Source: Zymomonas mobilis subsp. mobilis ATCC 10988
GTDB taxonomy: Bacteria; Pseudomonadota; Alphaproteobacteria; Sphingomonadales; Sphingomonadaceae
NCBI RefSeq assembly: GCF_000175255.2
Contig: NC_017262.1
Location: 1,530,001 to 1,562,000, forward strand
DNA length: 32,000 nucleotides
Direction of reading: 5' to 3'
Made by a program: the position numbers and the translations under genes
Part shown: piece after piece, positions 1-9,932 of the stretch
Position numbering within the stretch: the stretch's first letter is position 1
How the letters are laid out: the number at the start of each line of letters is the position of its first letter
Notes under the pieces: model-generated
What the model saw: the letters and a program-made list of their open reading frames with translations, nothing else
Told to the model about the DNA's origin: nothing
Databases searched by the model: none

Positions 1-782
1 GACGGGGTATCAAACTGGTCGGATACATCAGACAGGATCGTGTATTTGACCCCCATCAGATCAAGCATCCGTTTCAATTCACGGTTATTTCCGACGGCAT
101 AACCATCAAAACCCGGAATAATATTGATGGAGTCATTGGGGGTTCGTGTTTTGTCTTTCCAGAAATTTTCTAGAATACCCCGCATCATATTGTCATAGCC
201 GGTGATGTGACTGCCGACAAAAGCCGGAGTATGGGCAAAAGGCACATTGAAATCAGCCGGAACCGAGCCTTTTTCTTTGGCCGTATTGATAAAGGATTGC
301 AGGTCATCCCCGATTACTTCGGCCATGCAGGTCGTCGAAACCGCGATCATTTTCGGGTTATACAGGCTGTAGGCGTTGGCCAGCCCATCAACCATATTGT
401 TCAAGCCTCCAAAAACTGCTGCATCTTCGGTCATCGAAGAGGACACTGCCGAGGCTGGTTCTTTGAAATGGCGGGCGAGATGAGAGCGGTAATAGGCTAC
501 ACATCCCTGCGAGCCATGCACAAAACTTAAGGTACCTTCAAAACCGGCGGCGGCAAAGACCGCACCTAGAGGCTGGCATGATTTTGCGGGATTGATCGTC
601 AGGGCTTCGCGGGCAAAGTTTTTCTCGCGATATTCCCAGCTTTTAGTCCAATCGGCAATCTCTTTGACCTTGTCGGCTTCCGGCATATTTTCAAGTTTGC
701 TTTTGGCCGACAGCATCTCTTTATATTCTGGTTCCAGAAAAAGAGAGGCATAATCAAGGGTTTTTTCAACAGATTGAGGCAT
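1..782 (-). CDS. nifK: Nitrogenase molybdenum-iron protein beta chain, partial (C-terminus off the left edge)
   Basis: Reverse-strand translation from ATG at 782: [29 protein letters not shown]..., followed by [51 protein letters not shown], typical of NifK. Not in the ORF track because it has no stop in the window. Confidence 0.97.
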   Translation of the reverse strand, partial: MPQSVEKTLDYASLFLEPEYKEMLSAKSKLENMPEADKVKEIADWTKSWEYREKNFAREALTINPAKSCQPLGAVFAAAGFEGTLSFVHGSQGCVAYYRSHLARHFKEPASAVSSSMTEDAAVFGGLNNMVDGLANAYSLYNPKMIAVSTTCMAEVIGDDLQSFINTAKEKGSVPADFNVPFAHTPAFVGSHITGYDNMMRGILENFWKDKTRTPNDSINIIPGFDGYAVGNNRELKRMLDLMGVKYTILSDVSDQFDTP

Positions 783-841
783 CGTCTAATCCTCTTTTAT
801 CAGGGGTGGCAGGGACTTTGCCCTGCCATAGGCTGCCCCAT

Positions 842-2317
842 TTAAGCAGCGGTTTTCCAAGGGGCTTTGAACATGCCCCAGACTGGGCTATTGATGGCCA
901 AATCCATGTCACGGGCAAAAATGGCAAAGCCGTCATAACCATGATAAGGCCCCGAATAATCCCATGAATGCATCTGGCGGAACGGTATGCCGGCTTTTTG
1001 AACCGCATATTTTTCCTTGATGCCGGAACCGACCAGATCGGGGCGAATGGCCTCGATGAATTTTTCCAGCTCATAGGTTGAGGCGTCGTCATAAATTAAC
1101 GTGCCTTCTTTGACGTAATGGCCTGTCCGTTGGTAATCATCGTTATGGGCAAATTCATAGCCAGTCGCGACGATTTCCATCCCAAGATCGGTATAGGCAT
1201 TGACGACATGGCGTGACCGCAATCCGCCGACATAAAGCAGCACTTTTTTGCCTTCGAGGCGGGGGCGGTATTTGGCAATCACCGCATCGGCTAAAGGCTG
1301 ATATTTGGCGATAACGCGCTCGGCACCTTCTTTGATCTTGTCATCAAAATTTTCGGCAATTTTCCGTAAGGAAGCGGCAATTTGGCTGGGGCCAAACAGA
1401 TTATATTCCATCCACGGAATACCGTGCTTTTCTTCCATATAGCGGCTGATGTAATTCAATGACCGATAGCAATGGATCAGATTCATCTTGGCCTTAGGCG
1501 CTCGTTCGATTTCAGCCAAAGTGGCATCACCCGACCAGCTACCGATTACCCTCAAACCCATTTCTTCGAGAAGAATACGGGAAGACCACGCATCACCGCC
1601 GATATTATAGTCACCCAAAATATTCACATCATAGGGCGAAGGTTCAAAGGGAACCTGATTACCGTCTTGGTCAAGCACCCAGTCACGAATGACATCGCAG
1701 GCGATATGATGCCCCAAAGACTGGGATACCCCGCGAAAGCCTTCACAGCGCACCGGAACGATGGTTTTTCCGCTGATTTTTTTCTGTTCGCGGGCAACGG
1801 ATTCTATATCATCACCGATCAAGCCGACCGGACATTCTGATTGAATAGTCGTGCCATGATTAAGCGGGAACAACTCGTCAATTTCGGTGAGAATTTTTTT
1901 CAGCTTTTTATCACCGCCGAAAACAATATCTTTTTCCTGATAATCGGAGGTGAATTGCATGGTGACAAAGCTATCCACGCCGGTGGTGCCGTTATAGAAA
2001 TTCCGGCGTTGCGACCATGAATAATGACCGCAACCAACGGGGCCATGACTGATATGAACCATGTCTTTGACAGGCCCCCAGACCACACCTTTTGAACCGG
2101 CATAAGCACAGCCGCGGATCGTCATCACACCCGGAATAGATTTGATATTCGATTTAACGCTGCATTCGCTTAAGGCACCCGGATCGGCTTCGGTGTCGGG
2201 GGCTTTGGCAACCGTCAGATGTTTCTGACGGCGCTTTTTGGCCTTGGCCGGATAGGCTTCAAGCACTTCCTCGATGAGGCGGGTGTTGAAGATGGTTTCT
2301 TCTTCATTCAAGCTCAT
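842..2317 (-). CDS. nifD: Nitrogenase molybdenum-iron protein alpha chain
   Basis: 491-aa ORF with [48 protein letters not shown] and [16 protein letters not shown] motifs; between nifK and nifH. Confidence 0.98.
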   Translation of the reverse strand: MSLNEEETIFNTRLIEEVLEAYPAKAKKRRQKHLTVAKAPDTEADPGALSECSVKSNIKSIPGVMTIRGCAYAGSKGVVWGPVKDMVHISHGPVGCGHYSWSQRRNFYNGTTGVDSFVTMQFTSDYQEKDIVFGGDKKLKKILTEIDELFPLNHGTTIQSECPVGLIGDDIESVAREQKKISGKTIVPVRCEGFRGVSQSLGHHIACDVIRDWVLDQDGNQVPFEPSPYDVNILGDYNIGGDAWSSRILLEEMGLRVIGSWSGDATLAEIERAPKAKMNLIHCYRSLNYISRYMEEKHGIPWMEYNLFGPSQIAASLRKIAENFDDKIKEGAERVIAKYQPLADAVIAKYRPRLEGKKVLLYVGGLRSRHVVNAYTDLGMEIVATGYEFAHNDDYQRTGHYVKEGTLIYDDASTYELEKFIEAIRPDLVGSGIKEKYAVQKAGIPFRQMHSWDYSGPYHGYDGFAIFARDMDLAINSPVWGMFKAPWKTAA

Positions 2318-2327
2318 CTTGCGCTCC

Positions 2328-3335
<1,008 letters not shown>

Positions 3336-3378
3336 TCATCAGAAAAAAGGAGTGCGATTTATAAATTGTAAGGTTCTT

Positions 3379-3394
3379 TGTTCGAAGCGCGACA
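3379..3394 (-). promoter_or_regulatory. NifA upstream activator sequence for nifH
   Basis: Plus strand TGT-TCGAAGCGCG-ACA, a perfect TGT-N10-ACA flanked as TTTGT...ACAAA, about 85 bp upstream of the -24 element. Confidence 0.85.
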
Positions 3395-3515
3395 AATCAT
3401 ACATTATGATGTCGCAAAACATATTATATTTATAATTTTTAATTTTTTATTATAAAATAATAATATGTGCTTTTAATGCACGGATAAAAGGTAAATTATT
3501 TTACAGGTTAAATTT

Positions 3516-3534
3516 GATATTGATTCTCATTATT
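3516..3534 (+). promoter_or_regulatory. Candidate Fur box upstream of a TonB-dependent receptor
   Basis: GATATTGATTCTCATTATT matches 15/19 positions of GATAATGATAATCATTATC, 58 bp before the ORF. Confidence 0.6.
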
Positions 3535-3592
3535 TTTGTTATCATATTCCCCTTCCATTGCGAGACATTATCAATAAAAAATAGAGGAATGA

Positions 3593-5722
3593 ATGAGAAA
3601 CCCGTTACAGAAATGGGGAATGCTGCAAAGCGGAACATGTCTTGTTGCCCTTTTGCTTTCATCGCCATCACATGCTGCAAAAGGTAAAAAAGAGGATCCC
3701 GCTGATCTGGTGATTACCGCCAAAAAAGACAGCGATGACTATGGGCAAAAACGCAATACGGCGGCCAAGATAGATATTGCCAATCGTGATTTGCCCCAAA
3801 CCGTCAATACTGTATCGGCGCAGTTAATGCGGGATCAGATGGTTCTATCCCAGCAAGATGCCTTGAAAAATGTTCCGGGCGTTTCTTTTTCTACGGGGGA
3901 TGGTCAGCGCGATCAGGTTTTTATCCGTGGTTTTAATGCTTTTGGTGATGAATTTGTAAATGGTTTTCGGGATGATGCCCTTTATTTCAGGGATATGTCC
4001 AATATTGAAAATATCGAGGTTTTAAAGGGGCCATCGGCCGCCCTATTTGGACGCGGATCAGCGGGCGGTATTGTCAATCGGGTCACAAAACAGGCTGATA
4101 CCAATATAACCAATGTGACTTTTACCGGTGGGTCATGGAATGATTATCGTGGTCAATGGGACTTTGGTCGTAACAGCAAAAGAACCGGTAATGGTTTCCG
4201 TTTAACGGGGGCGATCGAGAATGGTGACAGCTATCGCGATCAACAATTTGTCCATCGTTTCGCGATAGCACCCTCTTTCATGTATGGGAAAGGCACGGAT
4301 ACGGTTGTGACGTTTCAGGCCGATTATTTGAAAGATCGCCGAATTGCCGATTTAGGCAACCCTTCTTTGAATGGTCGCACGATCAATGTCGATCACCCCG
4401 AAATCTATTACGGGTCAGCCGATGCGGCTAAATATGACTATACCCAATCCACCGTATTTTCTCAGACGATCAACGCCGTCCATCATTTTTCTGATAATTT
4501 ATCATTAAGGGATGGCTTTCGTCATTATGATTATAAGATGTTTCGGGGCAATACCAGTCCGGCGAGCGGGGTCGTTGATGGATTAGTCCAGCTTTCTCAC
4601 CATCCGGCTTCTCGAGATGAAAGCGGATGGGATAACCAGTTAGAGCTGACGCAAAAAATCGACAGCGGCAAAATTCATCAGACATTGCTTTATGGCTTTG
4701 AAGTTTCTCGTCAAAGTAAACTTTCTACTACCTATGCGACTTATCCCGGTAAAAATGCTTCGGCCGCCGAGAAAGCCAGTTTTTATGTCGATGCCTATAA
4801 TCCGGTTTTGCCCACTATTACAGGGGATGACCTTACCAGTATTACCAACCAGAATCGCGGCATTTTTTATGATTATGGCCTGTATATTCAGGATGCGGTC
4901 GATTTTTCTCATGGATTTAAATTACTGGCGGGTATCCGCTGGGATTCCTTTAGTCAGACGACTTTACCTTTGGCTGGATCCGCCAGCTATGCCCATCGCC
5001 TCGATCATACATGGAGTCCCCGTGTTGGTTTGACCTATGAACCGGATAACCACCAATCCTATTATATCTCGTGGAGTAAAAGTTATCAGCCCTCTGGTGA
5101 AACGCTGAATATTGTGGCCACGCAAGCGGATTTGATTCCTTCTGCGACAACGTCAAAGGAAATAGGTGCCAAATATAACCTGTGGCATGATCGCTTAACG
5201 ATACAGATTGCCGGTTTTATCATTAAGAAAACCCATATTCAGGCGACCAATCCACTGGATAATAGCACGATGGCGATAGGCACCCAACGCAATGAGGGGG
5301 CTGAATTTTCGGCCACCCTTGATGTCGGGAAAGATATTCATTTGATTGCGGGCTATGCCTATTTAAGAACCAAAAATCTGGCTTCGGCTGTGCCGGCTTA
5401 TGTTGGGAAAGAAGGCACCTTGGCACCTCATAACCAAGGCAATTTCTATATCACCAAGAGTTTTGGCAAGCATTTCGGTATTGGCGGCGGCATGAATTAC
5501 GTTGGTAATCGTTGGGCTGATCCAAGCAATACCGTTATTTTACCGCATTATGTGACGGGTGATGCCATGGGATGGGCACAATTCGGGCGATATCGTTTCC
5601 AGATCAATGCCTATAATCTATCGAATGCCCATTATGTCGTTTCAGGACATGGCACCAATGCCAATCTGAACATGCCGGGCGCTCCACTGAATTTCAGGGG
5701 AACGATCAGCGTGTCTTTATAA
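3593..5722 (+). CDS. TonB-dependent outer-membrane receptor, siderophore type
   Basis: 709 aa; signal peptide-like N-terminus, plug domain (RDLPQTVNTVSAQLMRDQ...NVPGVSFSTGDGQRDQVFIRGF...EVLKGPSAALFGRGSAGGIVNRVTK) and terminal beta-strand ending in FRGTISVSL. Confidence 0.93.
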   Translation: MRNPLQKWGMLQSGTCLVALLLSSPSHAAKGKKEDPADLVITAKKDSDDYGQKRNTAAKIDIANRDLPQTVNTVSAQLMRDQMVLSQQDALKNVPGVSFSTGDGQRDQVFIRGFNAFGDEFVNGFRDDALYFRDMSNIENIEVLKGPSAALFGRGSAGGIVNRVTKQADTNITNVTFTGGSWNDYRGQWDFGRNSKRTGNGFRLTGAIENGDSYRDQQFVHRFAIAPSFMYGKGTDTVVTFQADYLKDRRIADLGNPSLNGRTINVDHPEIYYGSADAAKYDYTQSTVFSQTINAVHHFSDNLSLRDGFRHYDYKMFRGNTSPASGVVDGLVQLSHHPASRDESGWDNQLELTQKIDSGKIHQTLLYGFEVSRQSKLSTTYATYPGKNASAAEKASFYVDAYNPVLPTITGDDLTSITNQNRGIFYDYGLYIQDAVDFSHGFKLLAGIRWDSFSQTTLPLAGSASYAHRLDHTWSPRVGLTYEPDNHQSYYISWSKSYQPSGETLNIVATQADLIPSATTSKEIGAKYNLWHDRLTIQIAGFIIKKTHIQATNPLDNSTMAIGTQRNEGAEFSATLDVGKDIHLIAGYAYLRTKNLASAVPAYVGKEGTLAPHNQGNFYITKSFGKHFGIGGGMNYVGNRWADPSNTVILPHYVTGDAMGWAQFGRYRFQINAYNLSNAHYVVSGHGTNANLNMPGAPLNFRGTISVSL

Positions 5723-5734
5723 AAGAGGCGGGTT

Positions 5735-6595
5735 CTATTCAGCTCTCCTTTCGAGGAGAGTTGAAGAAAGATAATCAGATAAAAAATCCGCTATTTTTTT
5801 GAGCGAAAGCGGTAACGCGATTATCTGCATCTCTTCCAAAAAGCGCCGTTCATTTCTGGTCAGATTCTCGATATCGACTAGGGCAAAATGAGGCGCTTTT
5901 GATCTTTTGATTATCTGCCTTGCAAAACTTCTCAGCATTTGGTCATCAAAATGGCAACCGATGAACAGGAAGCTGCATGATGACCGCCTTTCTTGCACTG
6001 ATTCAGGGATGGGGGTCTGAATATCAATTTCGGTCAAGACTTCGACATAATCGGAATCTGAAATCAGATAATTCTGATGCGGTGAAACAGAGCCATGCGG
6101 TTTGTAAAGAAGGGTTTGCCATTCTTTAACGCTTTCCATCGGGACTTCTTCGCCCGTGGCATCATAAGCTGTGAACCAGCGATATTCGTTAATCGCTGCG
6201 TGATTGATGCCTTGAATTTCGCCCCAGTTCAAAGTCTTGTCTTGGGATAAAGCCTGACGCATGGCGCCATCATACCAACTGTCAACGATAAGCGGGGGAT
6301 GAAGCGCGGCGATAAGCTGATGCAGTGGGGAAGGGGGCACCGGATTTTCAAAGGCGGCATTCATAATCGCCGTCAGGGTTTTTCGATGGCGGCGGCTTTC
6401 GATATATTGCGCGGCAGCCCAAGGATTACCTTTTGCCCGTTTAGGAAGGGCGACCTTCTTCCCGAAAAAATCGGCTAGCCCCTTTATGGAAACCGGCGTC
6501 CACTGATTGGCGGTGATCGCGGTGACATCGGGGCCTAGATAAAAAGCGAGCGCCTGACGCGATAAATGGTCAGAAATATCTGACAGGATATCCAT
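5735..6595 (-). CDS. SIR2-like domain protein in the nifB operon
   Basis: 286 aa with ALAFYLGPDVT, YKPHGSVSP and SFLFIGCHFDDQMLRSFARQI motifs like SIR2-like (SIR2_2) proteins; its ATG overlaps the nifT stop (ATGA). Confidence 0.75.
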   Translation of the reverse strand: MDILSDISDHLSRQALAFYLGPDVTAITANQWTPVSIKGLADFFGKKVALPKRAKGNPWAAAQYIESRRHRKTLTAIMNAAFENPVPPSPLHQLIAALHPPLIVDSWYDGAMRQALSQDKTLNWGEIQGINHAAINEYRWFTAYDATGEEVPMESVKEWQTLLYKPHGSVSPHQNYLISDSDYVEVLTEIDIQTPIPESVQERRSSCSFLFIGCHFDDQMLRSFARQIIKRSKAPHFALVDIENLTRNERRFLEEMQIIALPLSLKKIADFLSDYLSSTLLERRAE

Positions 6596-6807
6596 CAGTT
6601 TTCTTCTGCGCGTTTACGCGCTTCGATAGTAATCGGTAATGGGGTATCGGCGGCCATATCTGGCAATTCCAATGTCCATCCGTTTTTTAAGCGTATCCAG
6701 CCGCCCCAAATATCAGGCTTTTCCTGTTCGATAACCGCTTCTTCAAGGTCTTTTTTCGGAACATAGACGGAAAGCCCTCTTGCTGTTTGGCGCAGCATTA
6801 TTTTCAT
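6595..6807 (-). CDS. nifT: NifT/FixU family protein
   Basis: 70 aa: MKIMLRQTARGLSVYVPKKDLEEAVIEQEKPDIWGGWIRLKNGWTLELPDM, typical NifT. Confidence 0.9.
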   Translation of the reverse strand: MKIMLRQTARGLSVYVPKKDLEEAVIEQEKPDIWGGWIRLKNGWTLELPDMAADTPLPITIEARKRAEEN

Positions 6808-6827
6808 ATTGTGTCTCCGAAAGAAGT

Positions 6828-7082
6828 CTAAAGCGCGATGTCTAATTCTCGTTTCCGCATACCAACAATTTTGCCACGTTCGACGAAATCGACGGCATAA
6901 ATATAATAGCGTTGAAGAAAGACACCGATATCGCGGATATAACCGACATCGCCTTTGTTAATCAGGATTTCGCCAATATCGGCACCGATAAAAGTCCCGT
7001 CATTTTTGATATAAAGGCGTGATTTTACCTTGGTTCCAACGGGAAAGACCGGTGCTTTTTGAATTTCATTTTCGTCATTCAT
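6828..7082 (-). CDS. nifZ: NifZ family protein (short)
   Basis: 84 aa: FPVGTKVKSRLYIKNDGTFIGADIGEILINKGDVGYIRDIGVFLQRYYIYAVDFVERGKIVGMRKREL, matches the NifZ domain pattern. Confidence 0.85.
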   Translation of the reverse strand: MNDENEIQKAPVFPVGTKVKSRLYIKNDGTFIGADIGEILINKGDVGYIRDIGVFLQRYYIYAVDFVERGKIVGMRKRELDIAL

Positions 7083-7115
7083 CCATTCAGCCTTTCCCGA
7101 AGTCAGAATTTAAAA

Positions 7116-7310
7116 TTAGGCCGGAATGCAGGTGTCTGGCATCGGGCAGATGGCCGCACATTGCGGTTCGTCAAACTGACCGTCGCATTCGGTGCAGCTA
7201 TTGGGATCGATGATGAAAACATCGCCTTTCATTTTGATTGCTGAATTGGGGCATTCAAATTCACAAGCGCCACAAGCGGTGCAATTTTCAGCAACAATTT
7301 TATAAGACAT
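7116..7310 (-). CDS. fdxN: 2[4Fe-4S] ferredoxin, nif-associated
   Basis: 64 aa: [16 protein letters not shown] and [19 protein letters not shown] cysteine motifs; directly downstream of nifB. Confidence 0.88.
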   Translation of the reverse strand: MSYKIVAENCTACGACEFECPNSAIKMKGDVFIIDPNSCTECDGQFDEPQCAAICPMPDTCIPA

Positions 7311-7349
7311 AGTTCCAATCCTTCTACTAAAGTAATGATAAACGGATAT

Positions 7350-8819
7350 TCAGGCTATCCGGCGATTCTCTTTGGAAAACCGTGCCGCATACCAAGAAGA
7401 AAGGCCACTTTCTATCCAGTCATGGGCATAATCGACATTGACTTCGATACCAGCTTTTTCCAGTTTTTCCCGAGGACAATCACCAATACGGGCGCATAAA
7501 ACCGCCTGAATACCTTCTAAGGCTGTGATAATACTATCCAGCCGTTGGTCATCGCCATTGCCTTCCGCACAATAAAGCGGAATTTTGCGATGACTGATGA
7601 ATTTTACGCCATAAGGGGAAACTTCGTAAATCTGAAATTCTTGGGCATGGCCAAAATGCTGGTTAATCCGCCCGCCTTGTTTGGAAACAACGGCAGCAAG
7701 GATAGTTGGCTTGGCCTCTAATTCGGCCAATTTCTTCTCAGCCGATTTCTTCTGTTCCAAATGTTCACCCCGCTCTTGGGCAACAATTTCACGATAGCTG
7801 GCACGATTGGCGGGGTTATATTCCAGTGTTTCTGGGATTTTATCCATCGAGAAGGCTTGTCCCCGATCCTCCCCCAATAAACCAATGGCATCCGCCCGAC
7901 ATTGCCGACAATGGCGCATCAATTTTGTGCCATCGGCTAATTGATTTTGAAGTGCCATCAATTCCTGATGGCTGGGCTCTCTCTGTCCGGTCAGGCCAAA
8001 ATGGGTTCCATGTGCCGGATCAGAAATCAGCGGCATGATATTGTGAAGAAATGCGCCTTTTTCTTTGACGACCCGATTAACTTCTAACAAATGCGTGTCA
8101 TTGATGTTCGGTATCATGACTGAATTGACTTTGGTGAGAATGCCGCGTTCTTTCAGCAATTCTAAAGCCAGCATTTGCCGTTCATGCAGAATTCGGGAGG
8201 CTTCTCTCCCCGTCCAGCGTTTATTCTCGAAAAAAATCCAAGGATAGATTTTTGCCCCGATTTCAGGATCAACCATATTGATCGTCAAAGTGACATGATC
8301 AATATTCATTTTGGCAATGTCGTCGATACAATCCGCCAAAGCCAATCCATTGGTTGAAAGGCAGAATTTTACATCAGGGATAGCCTTGGCTACCTGTTCA
8401 AAGGTTTCTTTGGTTTTTTCCCAATCGTAACAGGCATCTCCGGGGCCTGCGATACCCAGAACTGAAAGCTGAGAGACTTCATTGGCAACGGCAATGACTT
8501 TTCGCAGCGCTTGTTCCGGTGTCAGCCTTTCCGAGACGACCCCCGGGCGGCTTTCATTGGCGCAGTCATATTTTCGGTTGCAATAATTACATTGGATATT
8601 GCAAGCCGGAGCGACCGCTACATGCATACGGGCAAAATATTGATGTGCCTCTTCGGAATAGCAGGGGTGGTCTTTGACTTTTTCCCAGATATCATCTGCC
8701 AAATCCTTTGCATCTGACATTTTACCACAGGCCGATGAAGCACAACCCTGTGTCGCGGGGCGGGGGCTAGGGATACCCCCGTTGGGTTCCAATGGCTGGA
8801 TATGGATGAGCTGGGACAT
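7350..8819 (-). CDS. nifB: Nitrogenase cofactor biosynthesis radical SAM protein NifB
   Basis: HPCYSEEAHQYFARMHVAVAPACNIQCNYCNRKYDCANESRPGVVSERLTPEQA plus the C-terminal NifX/NafY-like domain (GGRINQHFGHAQEFQIYEV). Start preferred at MSQLIHIQP (8819) rather than ORF start 8840. Confidence 0.97.
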   Translation of the reverse strand: MSQLIHIQPLEPNGGIPSPRPATQGCASSACGKMSDAKDLADDIWEKVKDHPCYSEEAHQYFARMHVAVAPACNIQCNYCNRKYDCANESRPGVVSERLTPEQALRKVIAVANEVSQLSVLGIAGPGDACYDWEKTKETFEQVAKAIPDVKFCLSTNGLALADCIDDIAKMNIDHVTLTINMVDPEIGAKIYPWIFFENKRWTGREASRILHERQMLALELLKERGILTKVNSVMIPNINDTHLLEVNRVVKEKGAFLHNIMPLISDPAHGTHFGLTGQREPSHQELMALQNQLADGTKLMRHCRQCRADAIGLLGEDRGQAFSMDKIPETLEYNPANRASYREIVAQERGEHLEQKKSAEKKLAELEAKPTILAAVVSKQGGRINQHFGHAQEFQIYEVSPYGVKFISHRKIPLYCAEGNGDDQRLDSIITALEGIQAVLCARIGDCPREKLEKAGIEVNVDYAHDWIESGLSSWYAARFSKENRRIA

Positions 8820-8858
8820 AACATTCCTAACGGCTAACACGCTTTACCAAAAGGATAT

Positions 8859-8873
8859 GCAATGGGCGTGCCA
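8859..8873 (-). promoter_or_regulatory. sigma54 (-24/-12) promoter of the nifB operon
   Basis: Reverse strand TGGCAC-GCCCA-TTGC, 40 bp upstream of the nifB start. Confidence 0.88.
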
Positions 8874-8928
8874 TAAGCTGACATCGCTTTAAATTCAGGA
8901 AAATGGCCTTTTTGTCTCAGACATAAAT

Positions 8929-8944
8929 TGTCTTAACTCTTACA
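8929..8944 (-). promoter_or_regulatory. NifA upstream activator sequence for nifB
   Basis: Plus strand TGT-CTTAACTCTT-ACA (TTTGT...ACAAA), upstream of the -24/-12 element. Confidence 0.8.
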
Positions 8945-9027
8945 AAATTGTCGGTATCGGTAAAATTTTTGGAATAATCAGACATTATTCGCCAAAAATA
9001 AAGTAATGGCATTACAAAAAAACAGCT

Positions 9028-9098
9028 TTAGAATTTTTTGATAGATATCCCGTTTTTCCGCAGCGCATAGCCTATCTGGCGCGGGGTCATGCCTAGGC
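9028..9098 (-). pseudogene. nifA: Severed 3' end of nifA (recognition helix and C-terminus)
   Basis: Reverse-strand CTA GGC ATG ACC CCG CGC CAG ATA GGC TAT GCG CTG CG.. gives LGMTPRQIGYALR; skipping 2 bp (an extra CG at about 9060-9063) continues KNGISIKKF-stop, the expected NifA C-terminus. Confidence 0.85.
9095..9098. repeat. Target-site duplication CTAG, left copy
   Basis: CTAG directly abuts the left inverted repeat GCTCAGGAC and is repeated at 9942-9945. Confidence 0.8.
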
Positions 9099-9135
9099 TC
9101 AGGACCTGTTAATTTCTTGAGTTGAGCGGGCTGTT

Positions 9136-9537
9136 GTGATTCACAGGTTTACCGATAGAGGTGAAGCTGTGAGTGACGTGTTTTTGCTGTCTGAGCACCA
9201 GATGGAACGGATTAAGCCGTTTTTTCCACTGGCGCATGGTGTGCCGCGTGTCGATGACCGTCGTGTCCTGAGCGGGATCGTTTACGTGATCCGCAACGGC
9301 CTTCAGTGGAAAGACGCCCCGAAAGCGTATGGCCCGCACAAGACTTTATACAACCGGTTTATCCGGTGGAGCCGCCTGGGTGTCTTTGACCGGATCTTCG
9401 TCGCCCTGACGGAGCAGGCAGGCCGTTCGAAGCGTCTGATGATCGATGCAACACATCTGAAAGCACACCGGACAGCGGCCTCCCTGCTCAAAAAGGGGCT
9501 TTTCCCCGCCATATCGGACGCACGAAAGGCGGACTGA
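9136..9537 (+). CDS. IS5-family transposase, ORFA part
   Basis: FLLSEHQMERIKPFFPLAHGVPRVDDRRVLSGIVYVIRNGLQWKDAPKAYGPHKTLYNRFIRWSRLGVFDRIF...MIDATHLKAHRTAASLLKKG. Confidence 0.9.
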   Translation: MIHRFTDRGEAVSDVFLLSEHQMERIKPFFPLAHGVPRVDDRRVLSGIVYVIRNGLQWKDAPKAYGPHKTLYNRFIRWSRLGVFDRIFVALTEQAGRSKRLMIDATHLKAHRTAASLLKKGLFPAISDARKAD

Positions 9538-9932
9538 ACTCAAAGCTTCACGCTGTATGCGATAGTCAGGGCCGCCCTGTCCGGCTGCATCTGACCGCAG
9601 GTCAGGTCAGTGACTTCAAAGGCGCGGATGTTCTGCTGGCAAATCTGCCGGAAGAAACACAAGAAATTCTCGGGGACCGGGGATACGACAGTAATAAAAT
9701 CAGACAGTCTCTCGCAGACCGGAATATCACCGCCTGTATTCCGCCGAAGAAGAACCGGAAATCAAAGCCGCCTTACGACTGGCATCTGTATAAAAAGCGT
9801 CACCTCATCGAAAATATGTTCGCAAAGCTCAAAGACTGGCGGCGTGTCGCAACACGATACGACCGGTGCGCTCACACATTCATGTCAGCAATCCATATCG
9901 CAGCAAGTTTCATCTTCTATCTCAAAGAATGA
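9492..9932 (+). CDS. IS5-family transposase, ORFB part in the -1 frame (absent from the ORF track)
   Basis: Frame starting AAA GGG at 9492 reads KGAFPRHIGRTKGGLNSKLHAVCDSQGRPVRLHLTAGQVSDFKGADVLLANLPEETQEILGDRGYDSNKIRQ...YKKRHLIENMFAKLKDWRRVATRYDRCAHTFMSAIHIAASFIFYLKE-stop (TGA 9930-9932); no internal stop. Confidence 0.88.
   Translation, partial: KGAFPRHIGRTKGGLNSKLHAVCDSQGRPVRLHLTAGQVSDFKGADVLLANLPEETQEILGDRGYDSNKIRQSLADRNITACIPPKKNRKSKPPYDWHLYKKRHLIENMFAKLKDWRRVATRYDRCAHTFMSAIHIAASFIFYLKE

Noticed and set aside
207-530. 107-aa plus-strand ORF in the track
   Set aside because: Antisense to nifK, which reads continuously on the minus strand with clear NifK motifs; no recognisable protein.
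1472-1840. 122-aa plus-strand ORF
   Set aside because: Antisense shadow ORF within nifD.
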